A stretch of 64,000 bases of DNA, from positions 5,146,001-5,210,000 of the forward strand of contig NC_087447.1 of assembly GCF_036321535.1 (NCBI RefSeq). Reading direction: 5' to 3'. The position numbers and the translations under genes are program-made. Shown in pieces: positions 43,713 through 55,200 of this stretch (positions are counted from its first letter, which is position 1; each line of letters starts with the position of its first letter). This stretch comes from Camelus dromedarius (lineage: Eukaryota). The notes beneath the pieces are model-generated. The model saw only the letters and a list, made by a program, of their open reading frames with translations. It was not told where the DNA came from and searched no databases.

Positions 43713-46122
43713 ATGCTTGTCATGACTTAAGCCTAAGAGACCCAAAGCAGTAGCGTGTCACCAAGAAACGCCAGGCACTGCAGCAGGGTGGTGGGGTCTC
43801 CGGGGCAGACTCCTGCCTGCACGCAGCTCAGCCTTCACCCCTTGGCCCCAAGGCCTCTTTAGGCTCCTCTCTGTGTTCCTGGCACTGGTATTCAGGCAGG
43901 TACTCAAGGAATGTTTGGTGAATAAAAGGATGAGTGAATGTCCTTACTTACCTGTGTGGGCTTCTCTGACACCACACGCCTGCTCACCCACCAGGAGGGG
44001 ACTGGACCAGAGGCTTCCGTAGTCCAGGAATCCAAGGACACCCCAGGGACCAGGGGGCCTTCAATGCCAATTCTGCAGCTGTGTGGGACATGGTGTCTTT
44101 TGGGCATACAGAGAGCCTTCCCTGGGGATGCCAGTTATGGGGGGAGGAAGGAAGGGAGGAAGGAGGGGCGGGCCCCTGGCCCATCCCTGAGCCAACATTG
44201 ACTCATCCCCAACCCCTTGGAGGGTAGTTCAGTCATCTCTTGGTGCCAGCCTTGCCCCCCACCCAGATACATCCTCTGGGCCTGATCTGCTACCCCATCT
44301 CCCAACCCACAGATGGTAAGGGCTGAAGTCTAGAAGGCCGGAGAGGGCATCAGAGCAGTATCCTCTTCATCTTCTCACTGATACTCCCACCATCCTGTGG
44401 GGAGGGAGGCAGAAGCAGTCATAACCCAAGTGATGGGCTTGTCCCAGGGTCATGCTGGCCAGCTGTAAGCCCAGCCTCCTGACTCCCAGCCTGGCCCTCT
44501 GCCCACTGCAGGCAGCCACGTGACCTATGCCCAGTGCCACCTCGGGGCTCCTATCTCTGGTTGCCACTGCCCCTCCTGCCATCCAGCCACACTTCCACCC
44601 AGAAGCTTCACCTCCGCCCAGAGCTCTCCTTCCCTCCCCATCCTCTGATCTCAATTTAATGAGTGTCCTTCATCACAAGACTGTAAAATTCTTGAAGGCA
44701 GGGGTGGGTTGTCCTTGCCTCTCTGTTGTTTGCAAGACCTGGCACCCAGCAGGGGCTCAGGAAACTCCATACAGCACACCAGCCCACCATGGGGCAGATG
44801 GATCTGGGGCTCAGGGGGCCGGTGTCTCCCCCACCAGCAATCCCAGATTGTGAGGGCCCCTAACAAACATCCCTTTCTGAGAGCCACAGGGGAGCAAGAA
44901 CTTTCCCAAGGTCCCCAGATGGAAATCAGAGGGTCACCACCTGTGCCCCGCCACCTGACAGGAACCCAGGAGGGGCTAATCCTGCTCTGCCTCTCCATTC
45001 TTCCTTCTCCCCCCAATTCCCAACAGCCCACCTCCTTCAGGATTTGGCAGAATAAAGCCACAGTCTTATTCCAGCCCCCACCCCAACCCAACTGGCAGCT
45101 CCTAGCCTGCTGCCTTTGCCCAGACGTGGCAGAGGGGCACTGGCAGCTTGAAGGTGGCGCTGATTTTCCCTTTGGCAGTGGGGAAGGTGAGGGAGGGGAG
45201 AGGCTTGCCCCCTCTCCCTGGGTGAAGGGAGAGGGCAGGGATGTAAGTCCAGACAAGAGTCAGAGGGAGAACAGGACTTCCCAGCTTCTGGGGTCAGGGC
45301 ATCAAGCCTGGGGGCAGTGTGGGAAGCCAGCTGTTCCTGCATCCACCTGGCCTGGGTCCTCATTTTAGAGCTCCAGCTTTTGGTTCCTGGAGACCAATGC
45401 TTTCTAGACTCCCGAGGTGAACATTTGCTGTGGGGGGGGGCATGGTCCCCTTCCCCCCCTTCCACCGCAGTCTGTTCCTCTTCTTCCCTCAGTTCCTGCC
45501 TCCTCCCCTCCTTCCCACTCCCACCCATTTATTTGCCTCTTTGTGTCTCCTCTTTCCTGCCCCATCCCTTCTTTCTCCCTCCTCTTCCCTGGGCCCCCAC
45601 CCTCCTCCTTCAGCTCCCCTCTCTCTCTTTCCCCGTCCTCTCCCGGCCCCCTCCTCCTCCCCTGCGTTGGGGCTGCTTTCTCCCTGACTCAGCAAGGTGC
45701 TTTATAAGGTGCTGAGGGGGCTCAGCCAAATCCAAACCACATTGTCTGTGCAGACGCTCTCCACAAGGAGCAGGCTGCAAACCGGGGGAGAAGGACTTAA
45801 GCTGCCCCCTCTCCCTCGTCCCTCCCTTCGGGGGCTCACTCCCTCTGAAAGGGTGGCTGCTAGGGGACCTCCTGGCCAGCCTCAGTGCCAGTCATCCACT
45901 GGGCATCTGCCTCCTTGACCTTGGCACGGGCATCAAAAGATCGTCGGGCTCACCGTACAAGAATGTCATTGAAACTCCAGCGCTCTGGCTGGGGGAGGGG
46001 GGGAGGGAGGCCCCCTGAGCACTTTTCCAAAGGGCCCCTCCAAAGCAGGTTTCATCAGAGCTGCTCCTGATGCCCCAGAAGATCCCCTGCCCCCAACCCC
46101 AGACCAGGTCTCTTTTCCCAGC

Positions 46123-46399
46123 NNNNNNNNNNNNNNNNNNNNNNNNNNNNNNNNNNNNNNNNNNNNNNNNNNNNNNNNNNNNNNNNNNNNNNNNNNNNNN
46201 NNNNNNNNNNNNNNNNNNNNNNNNNNNNNNNNNNNNNNNNNNNNNNNNNNNNNNNNNNNNNNNNNNNNNNNNNNNNNNNNNNNNNNNNNNNNNNNNNNNN
46301 NNNNNNNNNNNNNNNNNNNNNNNNNNNNNNNNNNNNNNNNNNNNNNNNNNNNNNNNNNNNNNNNNNNNNNNNNNNNNNNNNNNNNNNNNNNNNNNNNNN
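46123..46399. other. 277-nt N mask upstream of CLCF1
   Basis: Run of N; content not visible. Confidence 0.9.
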
Positions 46400-47479
46400 T
46401 CAGTTCTCGGAGTGCAGAAGAGGGAAGAGCTGCCCTGGGAAGCCAGCGCTGGTCATGCCCACGCTGCCTGCTCTGACCCGAGGGCTGGAGGGGCTGTGGC
46501 AGGGCTGGCAGGGTGCCCTTCTTTCTCTGGGGGCACCACAGTGGGAGTGGTGAGCGCACTCTGATGCTCTTGCAGAGAGGAATCACCTTCCAGGTCTGGC
46601 CCACCAGCGCCTCTCCCTCTTTGAAAGAGCAAATGAACAACAACAAAAGCAGCTTATTACCAAGGGATTTAATTGGTGATCTGGTTCTAGAGCACTCAAG
46701 CCTTGTCCCCCAGCTGACTGTCCCCCAAGAAAAGCCACACATCGCCAGATGAGAGCTGTTTCCTCTGCACTCTCCTTGGCAGCCCTCTGTAGAGGGAGGG
46801 AGACCCTCCAGGGAGGGTCCAGGCTTATGGGTCCCCTAGGGATCCCGCCCAGCAAGTCCCAGCCCAGGCCTGAGGGAAGGAAGGAGGGAGAGCAGTCCCG
46901 GGCCAAATCACCCCTACCCCATCACTGGAAAAAACCCACAACCCGAACCCCAAAGGCAGGAGATAGCCAAATGTCTTCATGGGGAAGCATTTCACAAATG
47001 GGGACTCTTGGTCTGTCCATCGCCTGAATCCAAGCGGTCGGTCTCGCTGAGTCACCCCTGAAGCCTCTGGTGTTGAAACTGGTCCGGTGCCTCTTGCTGA
47101 TTAATGAATTACAAATCCCCCACCCATGAGCACTCTCCTGGCCACTGCGAAGAAGAACGAAGAACCCTGTGAACTTCAGGGAAAAACCCTCAGCCAAGCG
47201 CCCTTTTCTTTCCTCTGCGCTGGGCAGTGGGCCTGTGGTGCCCTCTTCCTGCCCCCCAGGGGGCATTGTGAGCCGGTTAGTCACCTGCCCCAGCCCCCGG
47301 CGCCTCGCTTAGCCTCAGCTTTTGGAAATGGGACAGGCGGCAGGACAATAGGCAAGGGGGGCGGTCAGCCCAGACAAAGGGCAGCAGGAAAAACACCATC
47401 ACTTGCTCCGAAGCCAGCTCGCTGGCATTTGGGAGAATGTGTCATTGCATTTACTCAGGGGGAGGCGGAGGGAGGGAAG

Positions 47480-49200
47480 GTTGGAGATGTGGAGGCAGAG
47501 GTAGGGTGAGTGCCGGGACCCGCCGGGCAGGAGGGGGCAGGAGCCCCAGGCCGACATCGAGGGAGAAGAAAAGGAGCGGGCAGCTCACTCCCCTAGCTCT
47601 TGGGAGTTTGCAGACGGACTGATGCCCTCCCCGCCCCCTCCCCCAGGAGGCCCAGGGTGGTACCGCCGCAGCCTCGCCTCACCTCACCCCACCCCCCCTC
47701 GGTGTTGTGGNNNNNNNNNNNNNNNNNNNNNNNNNNNNNNNNNNNNNNNNNNNNNNNNNNNNNNNNNNNNNNNNNNNNNNNNNNNNNNNNNNNNNNNNNN
47801 NNNNNNNNNNNNNNNNNNNNNNNNNNNNNNNNNNNNNNNNNNNNNNNNNNNNNNNNNNNNNNNNNNNNNNNNNNNNNNNNNNNNNNNNNNNNNNNNNNNN
47901 NNNNNNNNNNNNNNNNNNNNNNNNNNNNNNNNNNNNNNNNNNNNNNNNNNNNNNNNNNNNNNNNNNNNNNNNNNNNNNNNCCGGCCCCCAGCCCCATGGA
48001 CCTCCGAGCAGGTAGGAGCCAGGCGTCCGAGGCCCCGGCCCCCGCCCCCACCTAGGAGCCGCGAGATCCGGTTCCCGTGCTTCCCCCGGGGAGTCCCGAG
48101 TCGGGGCCGGGCCGGAGAGCCGGGCGCTGCCCCCGCCAGCGGGGCTCGAGCCGGCGGAGGCACGGCTGGGCGCCCTCGAGAGGGGCCGGGCGGGGACGCG
48201 GCATTCCTGGAGTCCGCTCGGCGGGACCAGGAGGTGGAGGGGAGCGCGGCTGGGAGCCCGGGCTACTCGCGGACCCGGGGGGGGGGGGCGGCAACCTGGA
48301 GCCCGGCGGGGTGGGGTCCTGGGGATCCCGGAGGGACAGAGCCCCGCGCAAAAGTCGGGGAGAGTGAGTCCGAGGCGGGAGCAGGGCTGCGAAAGGGAGA
48401 CTCGGCACGCGGGGAGGAGCGGGCCGGGAGAGGAAGAGGGCGGGAGGGAGGCACGGGGGAGCCCAAGGCCGGACCGGCGGGAGGCGAGGGGAGGCCGACA
48501 CCTCGGGCCGCGCCGCTCTCCCTCCTCGGCCCGCCGGGAGGAGAGGGCGGGAAGGAGGGCGGGCGAGAGGAGTGGGGAGGGCGGAGGGCAGAGCTGAGCC
48601 TGGCCGGGCCGGGCCGGGCCGCGGGACTCGCGGCTTTCTCGCTGCGCGCCGCGCGGCAGGAGCCCACCATGCTGCCTGCGGCCGGGGAGCCGGCGGCAGG
48701 TAGGGGCCGGGCGGCTTGGCGGGCGGCGGCAGCGAGCCCCCCTGGCCGGCCCGCCATGGCCTGGGAGTGATTAGTGCGGAGGGCGGGCGCAGCCCAGCCG
48801 GACCGGGCAGGAAAGTCTGTCACCGGCCGGGGAGCGGAGGCAGCGGCAGCTGGGCCCTGGCGGCCCCCGGGCGGGCGGGCAGGGCAGGGAGTCGACGCGC
48901 GGGAAAGGGCAGCGGCCCGGCAGAGTCCGGAGCGCGGCGCCCCGGACCCCGCCCCCGCCCCCGCCGCCGGGAAGGGAGCGACCGGGCGGGAGCGGCCCGG
49001 GGGCGGGGCCGGGGGCGCCGGGGCCACACAGGGGGAAGGCGCCGCCACCGCGGGGAGGGGGACGGGAGCGAGAGGTCACCGCCGAGCGGGGAGGACCATG
49101 GAGCGGCCGCGGCCGCACAGTTCTCGGGCCGAGCCCGTCGAGGGAAAGCCCAAGTCCCCCGGGCCTCGATGGAGTCCCCTCATCCCTGCTCTCCCCACCT
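47480..49200 (+). promoter_or_regulatory. CLCF1 CpG island / promoter (partly N-masked, 47711-47980)
   Basis: Very CpG-rich block containing CLCF1 exon 1 (ATG 47996) and a second candidate first exon (ATG 48669). Confidence 0.85.
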
Positions 49201-52200
49201 TCCTTCCCAGCAACTCCACACAGCGCTCCAGAAGCCCTCCCCACAGACTCCCAATCCCAGAGGACGCGTCCCTGTTTCCTCCTGCGCCCGGCCTGGCCCT
49301 CCCCGCTGGGGTAGGAGGGGGCTGCCAGGAGGGGAGGGGAGGCTGGAGGTCCTGTTTGGCAGGAGTAGTCCGAGCCCTGCAAAGAGGCTGTGGGTGGGGG
49401 GCACGGGACACACTCCTCTGTCAGGCTCTCTGACCCGGACCCATACCAGCTGACATCTCCCTGTTGTCACTGTCCCGACAGACTCCCTCCCTGGCTCGCG
49501 AGCACACAGCTGCCCCTCCCGTAGGACGCAAGGATATGTTTCCCTGACAGATCAGACCCGCTCCCCCGCACTGGCTCCAACACCCTCGCTGCCCCGGAGC
49601 TAGGCACTCAATCAGGGGAGGAAATGGACATCAGGCAACAATGGCAGCAACTGTCACCCAGCGGCCCCAGAAGTCTCTCCTCACAACTAGTGAAATGGCT
49701 CCCTCTTCCCACCTCACAGAGCCCTAAGCTCCCGCCCGTTCACACTTCTGCACACCACCCCTCTGTACCAGCTACTCTATCAGTGACACTTCACATTCCT
49801 CCCCACAATCCCACCTGCCTATTCACACCCTGGCTCCCGCATGCTCCCTCTGAGCCCCTCCCATACCCTCTGGATAACACCCTTTTAAGCACACCCACAC
49901 AACTGCCGGACTATTTCCTTCATTTTGCACCCCCTCAGGCCTCCCCCTTTTTTGCTGGCTGCCCAGCTGCCTGGCTTTACCCCGCCCCCTCCTGGAGCAC
50001 ACCCAGGGTCCTCTTACCACACAATCCAGAACCCTCTCACTTGGATAAAAGCCCAACTCCTGGGTCCGAATTGACTTTACAAGGCTAGGAGACTGGCCTA
50101 CCCATCTGCTTCTTTCCCTGGGCCTCAGTTTCTTCTTCTGCCATTTTGGCTGGAAGAGAAGGGCAGGGAGGGGGCTGCTGAAGAGGACAGCAGAGGAGGA
50201 ACCCACAGGATTGGGCTGAGAGAAACTTTAGCTTGCATAGTGCAGCCCCTTCACACAAGCCCAGTCACCTGAAGGGTTGGTGGCAAAGTGACGCCTGACT
50301 TCTGGGCCCATGTGTACCCACTCACTAAGCCACTTCTCAGTTGCCTGGGGCTAGGATAGGGAACCAAGGAGAGAACGGAAAGGAAAGAGAGAAAAGAGGG
50401 GAGGGCAGCCAGCCCAGAGGACAAGGAAAGATGGGCTCCTTCTCTGGGCCTTTCCCTAGGAAAGGGGTTGGGAGGTGCCCCCTACGAGGGCCGTTTCCTG
50501 GATCTCATACCACAGTGGACCCTCCATCCCCTAAACCACTTCATCCCCCCAGTTCTCCTCAACAGACCCCTCCAAGGTTACCAGGATGCTGGTTCTGGTC
50601 TGCCTGGAGGGTGAGGCCTTTTCTCTGGCTCCCACATTTAGCCCAACACCTCCAGAGCTCTGCGATGACTCCCTGGCTCCCACACTTTTGGCTGATAGTT
50701 CTTAGCCACCAATCCTCTGAATACCTGGTGCATCTGCTCTGCTGAGCCCCCCACCTTCACTTGAGTGAGGTCAGACTGGAGAACACAGGCCAGGGACTGC
50801 AGGGCAGCTGGCTAAAGACACGCAGACACAGGTATGCTGCCTGTATAGCCATGTTAGGGTGGCCATGCGCTTGCATGGGCTGAGTAAGTGTGTGTGCATT
50901 CATGAGGGGGGCCTCGGTTCCCAGGGCCCAGGGATCTGGATGGAATTAGGGGCTGGCCGGGCAGGGGCCAGGATGGGGGGTGGGGGGGCTGCAGCAGGAA
51001 ACGTGAGCTGCTCTCATTAGCTCCTCACGTGCTCAGCTGGATTTATAAACACAGGGGAAGACGGGATGTAAACAATCAGTGGGCAGCAGCCAGAGGCAGA
51101 GCTGGGGCGGGGGCGGGCTGGGGGCCAGGACTGGGGGAGGGGGCCCAGGACACAGCCCCAGTGGCCGGCTCCACCTGCACACCATGAGCCTGGAGGAGGA
51201 TGGACGAGGGCTCCAGGGTGCCCACCGCACTTGCCCGCCCAGGGACAGAGGCCAGCTGCAAGTTGTGCTGAGTCCTAGTGCTTACAGCTAAACCACAGGT
51301 GTTCTCGGGCCCCAGGCGGCTTTCGGCTTTGCTGCCTAAGCTAGGGGACATCATGCCCAGAGTGGAAGCTGTTGTAACAGAGGGTAGAGCCCTGTCCCCT
51401 TACTCCTCTCCTCGCCTCTTCTCCCTCTGGATTTCTGAGGCTCCTTCCCTCTTTCTGGTTCTCTCCATGGGTCGGTCAGTCAGATCCTTCAGCTCTCCCC
51501 CCAACTCCCCAGCTTCAGTGACACAGTTACCTCAGAACTGAAATATTCCTGGAAACACCGGCCTCGTCTGGTTAATTTCATGAGCCGTTTTTCTGCCTGG
51601 ATGACTTAGCTCTTGTTTTTCCAAAGGCTTCTCCCCCTGCTGTCCCTGAGTAGGGAATCAGTCCTCCCCAGGGATGTCCCACAGGACCCAGGAGGGGAAA
51701 GGGAAAACAAGGCCCAGAGCTGGGTACCTGACCTCCACCCCACTCCCCCCAGGGACACCATGGGCTAGGCAGAGCCCAGTCCCAAGACTCTGGCTAGCAG
51801 GGCTGCTCAGAGCAGGGTGGGGTAAAGAGGCACCTAGCTCTCAATTGCTGCTAGCTGGGACCCTCGACATTGCCACTAACTGTGAGAAGAGATCAGACTC
51901 AATCCTAAAAGCTGCCTCAAGGCTGGAAGGTCTGCTGCCCAACTCAGCAGGTCTCCAACCTCCGAAACTAACCCCACATTGTACCCATAGGATCTTGGGG
52001 TTGACTCAGCCAGATATCCAGGCTGAGGGTAGCCCGAAGCTTTGTGCAGAGAAAGGCCTGGAGTTGTCTTGGGATGTGTAGAACAGGGACTAGAAAGGAA
52101 CTCAGAGAGTCAACAAGAGCTAGGGATGGAAAAGAAGAATGAGGAAAGGAACATTCAGGAGGAAAGCCACAGGCTGCAGATGTGGAGAAGGAAAAGGGGA

Positions 52201-55200
52201 GCCTGTCTCCCCAGGGAGCAGTTATGTGCCTGATCCTGCCTTCTGTCCTAAAACACACGTGTGGGGCATGCATGAGCGCGCGCGCGCACACACACACTCT
52301 CACACACACACCGCACTTTAAACCAAGAGCCCTGCGCCCAAGAGGGCAGCGTCCTGAGACCAGCGGCTCCCTGCTCCTGTGCCCCATCAGTAAAGCCAGT
52401 CAGTCAGGCATCTGAAAGAGTCAAGACTGGCTGGTTGGGCCATTGCAAAAGTCCTCACCTGAGCCCTGTGCTCTGTAAGAGACGTTCTATACAGTTTGAA
52501 TCCTAAACCCTGCCTAGTTTGTAGCCCTCTCAAAAACGCTGACCCAGCATTATGACTAACTCTAAACCTACCTAGTCTTAATTCGTACTTAACTCCACAC
52601 TTATCCTAACTCTGAGTACAATCAGATTGTTAAAACCCCTATCCAACTTATTTCTAACTATCATAACAAGATATGTCATTATAGAAAATTTGCAAGTATA
52701 TACTGTAAACTGGAAGAAAGAAACCACTTGTGATCTCACACCCACCCAAGCTTAAAGCCCAAACTAGCCCTCCTCGTAGTGACACTCCACGCATCACCCC
52801 ATCTGACATCTACATCAACAAACTCACAAACCTTAGCCCCAGCCAACCCTCTGCCTGCCCAGACCTAACCACATCCCCCAGCTGGACTCAAACCTCAACC
52901 ACACTCAATCAGCCAAATCCCAATAAACCAACCTGAAACTTTAAAAGTAACCCAGTCCTTAAACCTAACCTAACCAATGCCAATTATAGCCTTACTCTAT
53001 CCTAACCCTAATTGCCGTTGCCAGTCTCAACGCCCACTGAATCCTGGCCTAGTGCTCTTGACCTTGGACCTCACCTAAAAGCTGGGAAAACCATGTTTCC
53101 CAACTGCCTATGTCTCACAGCACTGACCGCTGGCCTCTGGCATCCTGGGATGCCCGAACTCTCCGGCACCATCACCTGCCACACCCAACTCATCAAATGC
53201 ATCATACTCTCTGTCTCTGTCTCTCTCCTGCTCATGCACTCGCCCTCACTGTCTTCACTGCAGGCTGATCAAAAGGCCTCATTCAGGTCAAACCCCATCC
53301 AACACCCTAGAGAAGAATGGGGCAAATCTCCATGCTGCAGCCAACCTGTCAGAGTGAATGCTAAATCTCCTTCAATCTAACTCTACCCTTTCCATACCCA
53401 GGAGTCATATTCCAGAATGTACTGACTACCCAAGCCAGTCCTGTGTCCTTCCACCTGCCCCTGGTGGTCTAATGCTACATCTTGCCTCTGACCCCAGTGG
53501 GCTGACCCTGTACCTTGCCTCCGACTCTCTCTTGTGGCTGCCTCTCTTGCGCCCCTCTCAGGGCTGACTTCTCTCAGCTTGAAACTCTTACATGTGTTGC
53601 TTTCCAACCACCACCACCACACCTCCCACCCCTGCTCCCCCTAAGCTGCAGTGGGACTGGGAGCATGGGAGAGGATGGTGAGGTACAACCAGAGCCCAGG
53701 AATACTGATTCGCAGTCCCTAGGCCTGGCCCTGCCATGTACACACACGTATGTGTTGACACACAGACAATGACTCTGCTGACACACAGAAATACTCTCCC
53801 ATATCTACTGGAAGACACACACACATAGGCCAAGTCCTCATCCTCAAACACAAACATGCCACCATACATACACTTTCTCAGGCCAGGAATGCTCCCCTCC
53901 TCCATCACCCCTGCCTCCCATCTGGTGCCCCACCCTCACCCCACTCCCAGCCCGAGGTGGGGACAGACACCTGAGGGGCTGCCAGCTGCTTCCTTGACCA
54001 GACCAGGCCACCCTCACACTCCCTGCCCATCTTGTCCACAGGGGACTCGTGGGGGATGCTAGCTTGCNNNNNNNNNNNNNNNNNNNNNNNNNNNNNNNNN
54101 NNNNNNNNNNNNNNNNNNNNNNNNNNNNNNNNNNNNNNNNNNNNNNNNNNNNNNNNNNNNNNNNNNNNNNNNNNNNNNNNNNNNNNNNNNNNNNNNNNNN
54201 NNNNNNNTGTGAGTATCCAGGGCTCAGGGGCTGGGAGTTGGTTGAGGAATGAGGACTGGGGAAGAGAGACCAACTGGTAGGGTCCTGGTGAATGACTGGG
54301 TGATGGGGAGGGGCTTTGGCTCCAAGCAGTCTCCGTGTCTGGCCTATCTCCTGCCCTGCCCTCTTAGGGAAGGTGCCCCCNNNNNNNNNNNNNNNNNNNN
54401 NNNNNNNNNNNNNNNNNNNNNNNNNNNNNNNNNNNNNNNNNNNNNNNNNNNNNNNNNNNNNNNNNNNNNNNNNNNNNNNNNNNNNNNNNNNNNNNNNNNN
54501 NNNNNNNNNNNNNNNNNNNNGGTGTCTTTTGCACGGGTGGGGCTGGGTGGGGATGGAGGGGCCTCACCTCCCATGCCTGTGTTCCAGCTCGCCTCTGCCC
54601 CAGACCTGGGGCCCTGCTGCTCTGGACCCATGGGCCTCCCTTCTGTCTGCCTCTCCCATCCTAGCTGGGCCTCCTAGGGGGGACCTGGGGGAAGGGGGCT
54701 GTGGGGAACCCAGGCCAGTAGTGGCAGGGGGTTCAGGGTGTGGATGGAAGTTAGGCTTTGGGGGCAGTCCAGAGGTGTTCGGAGCGCCCGGGAGAGAAGG
54801 AAGGAGGGTCAGAGTTGCTGAGGACCATGGGGAACTGGCCCCTCTTCCCGTGTTCCTCTTCCACATCCCAGACCCTACTTGGGAGCCAGGGNNNNNNNNN
54901 NNNNNNNNNNNNNNNNNNNNNNNNNNNNNNNNNNNNNNNNNNNNNNNNNNNNNNNNNNNNNNNNNNNNNNNNNNNNNNNNNNNNNNNNNNNNNNNNNNNN
55001 NNNNNNNNNNNNNNNNNNNNNNNNNNNNNNNCTTTCTCTCCCAGCTGAACTGTCTCCCTCACCCTTTCCCTGGGCCCCAGGCCCCTCCCAAGAGGGTTGG
55101 CAAGGCTCTGTCCTCTTCCCTAGACTGTCTTCCATACTCTTCCTCTTGCCCAACCCTTGAGATGGCCTCAGTTTATTCCTTCTGCGCCTCTGAGCCCTTC

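Noticed and set aside
45430-45700. Long pyrimidine-rich tract and Pro/Leu/Ser-rich ORFs
   Set aside because: Low-complexity CT-rich sequence with no mirror symmetry strong enough to call H-DNA, and no coding signature.
47622-49453. Long ORFs (382, 261, 245, 219, 203 aa) over the CLCF1 CpG island
   Set aside because: Pro/Gly/Arg/Ala-rich in all frames, as expected from stop-poor, very GC-rich DNA; no recognisable domain, and partly made of N.
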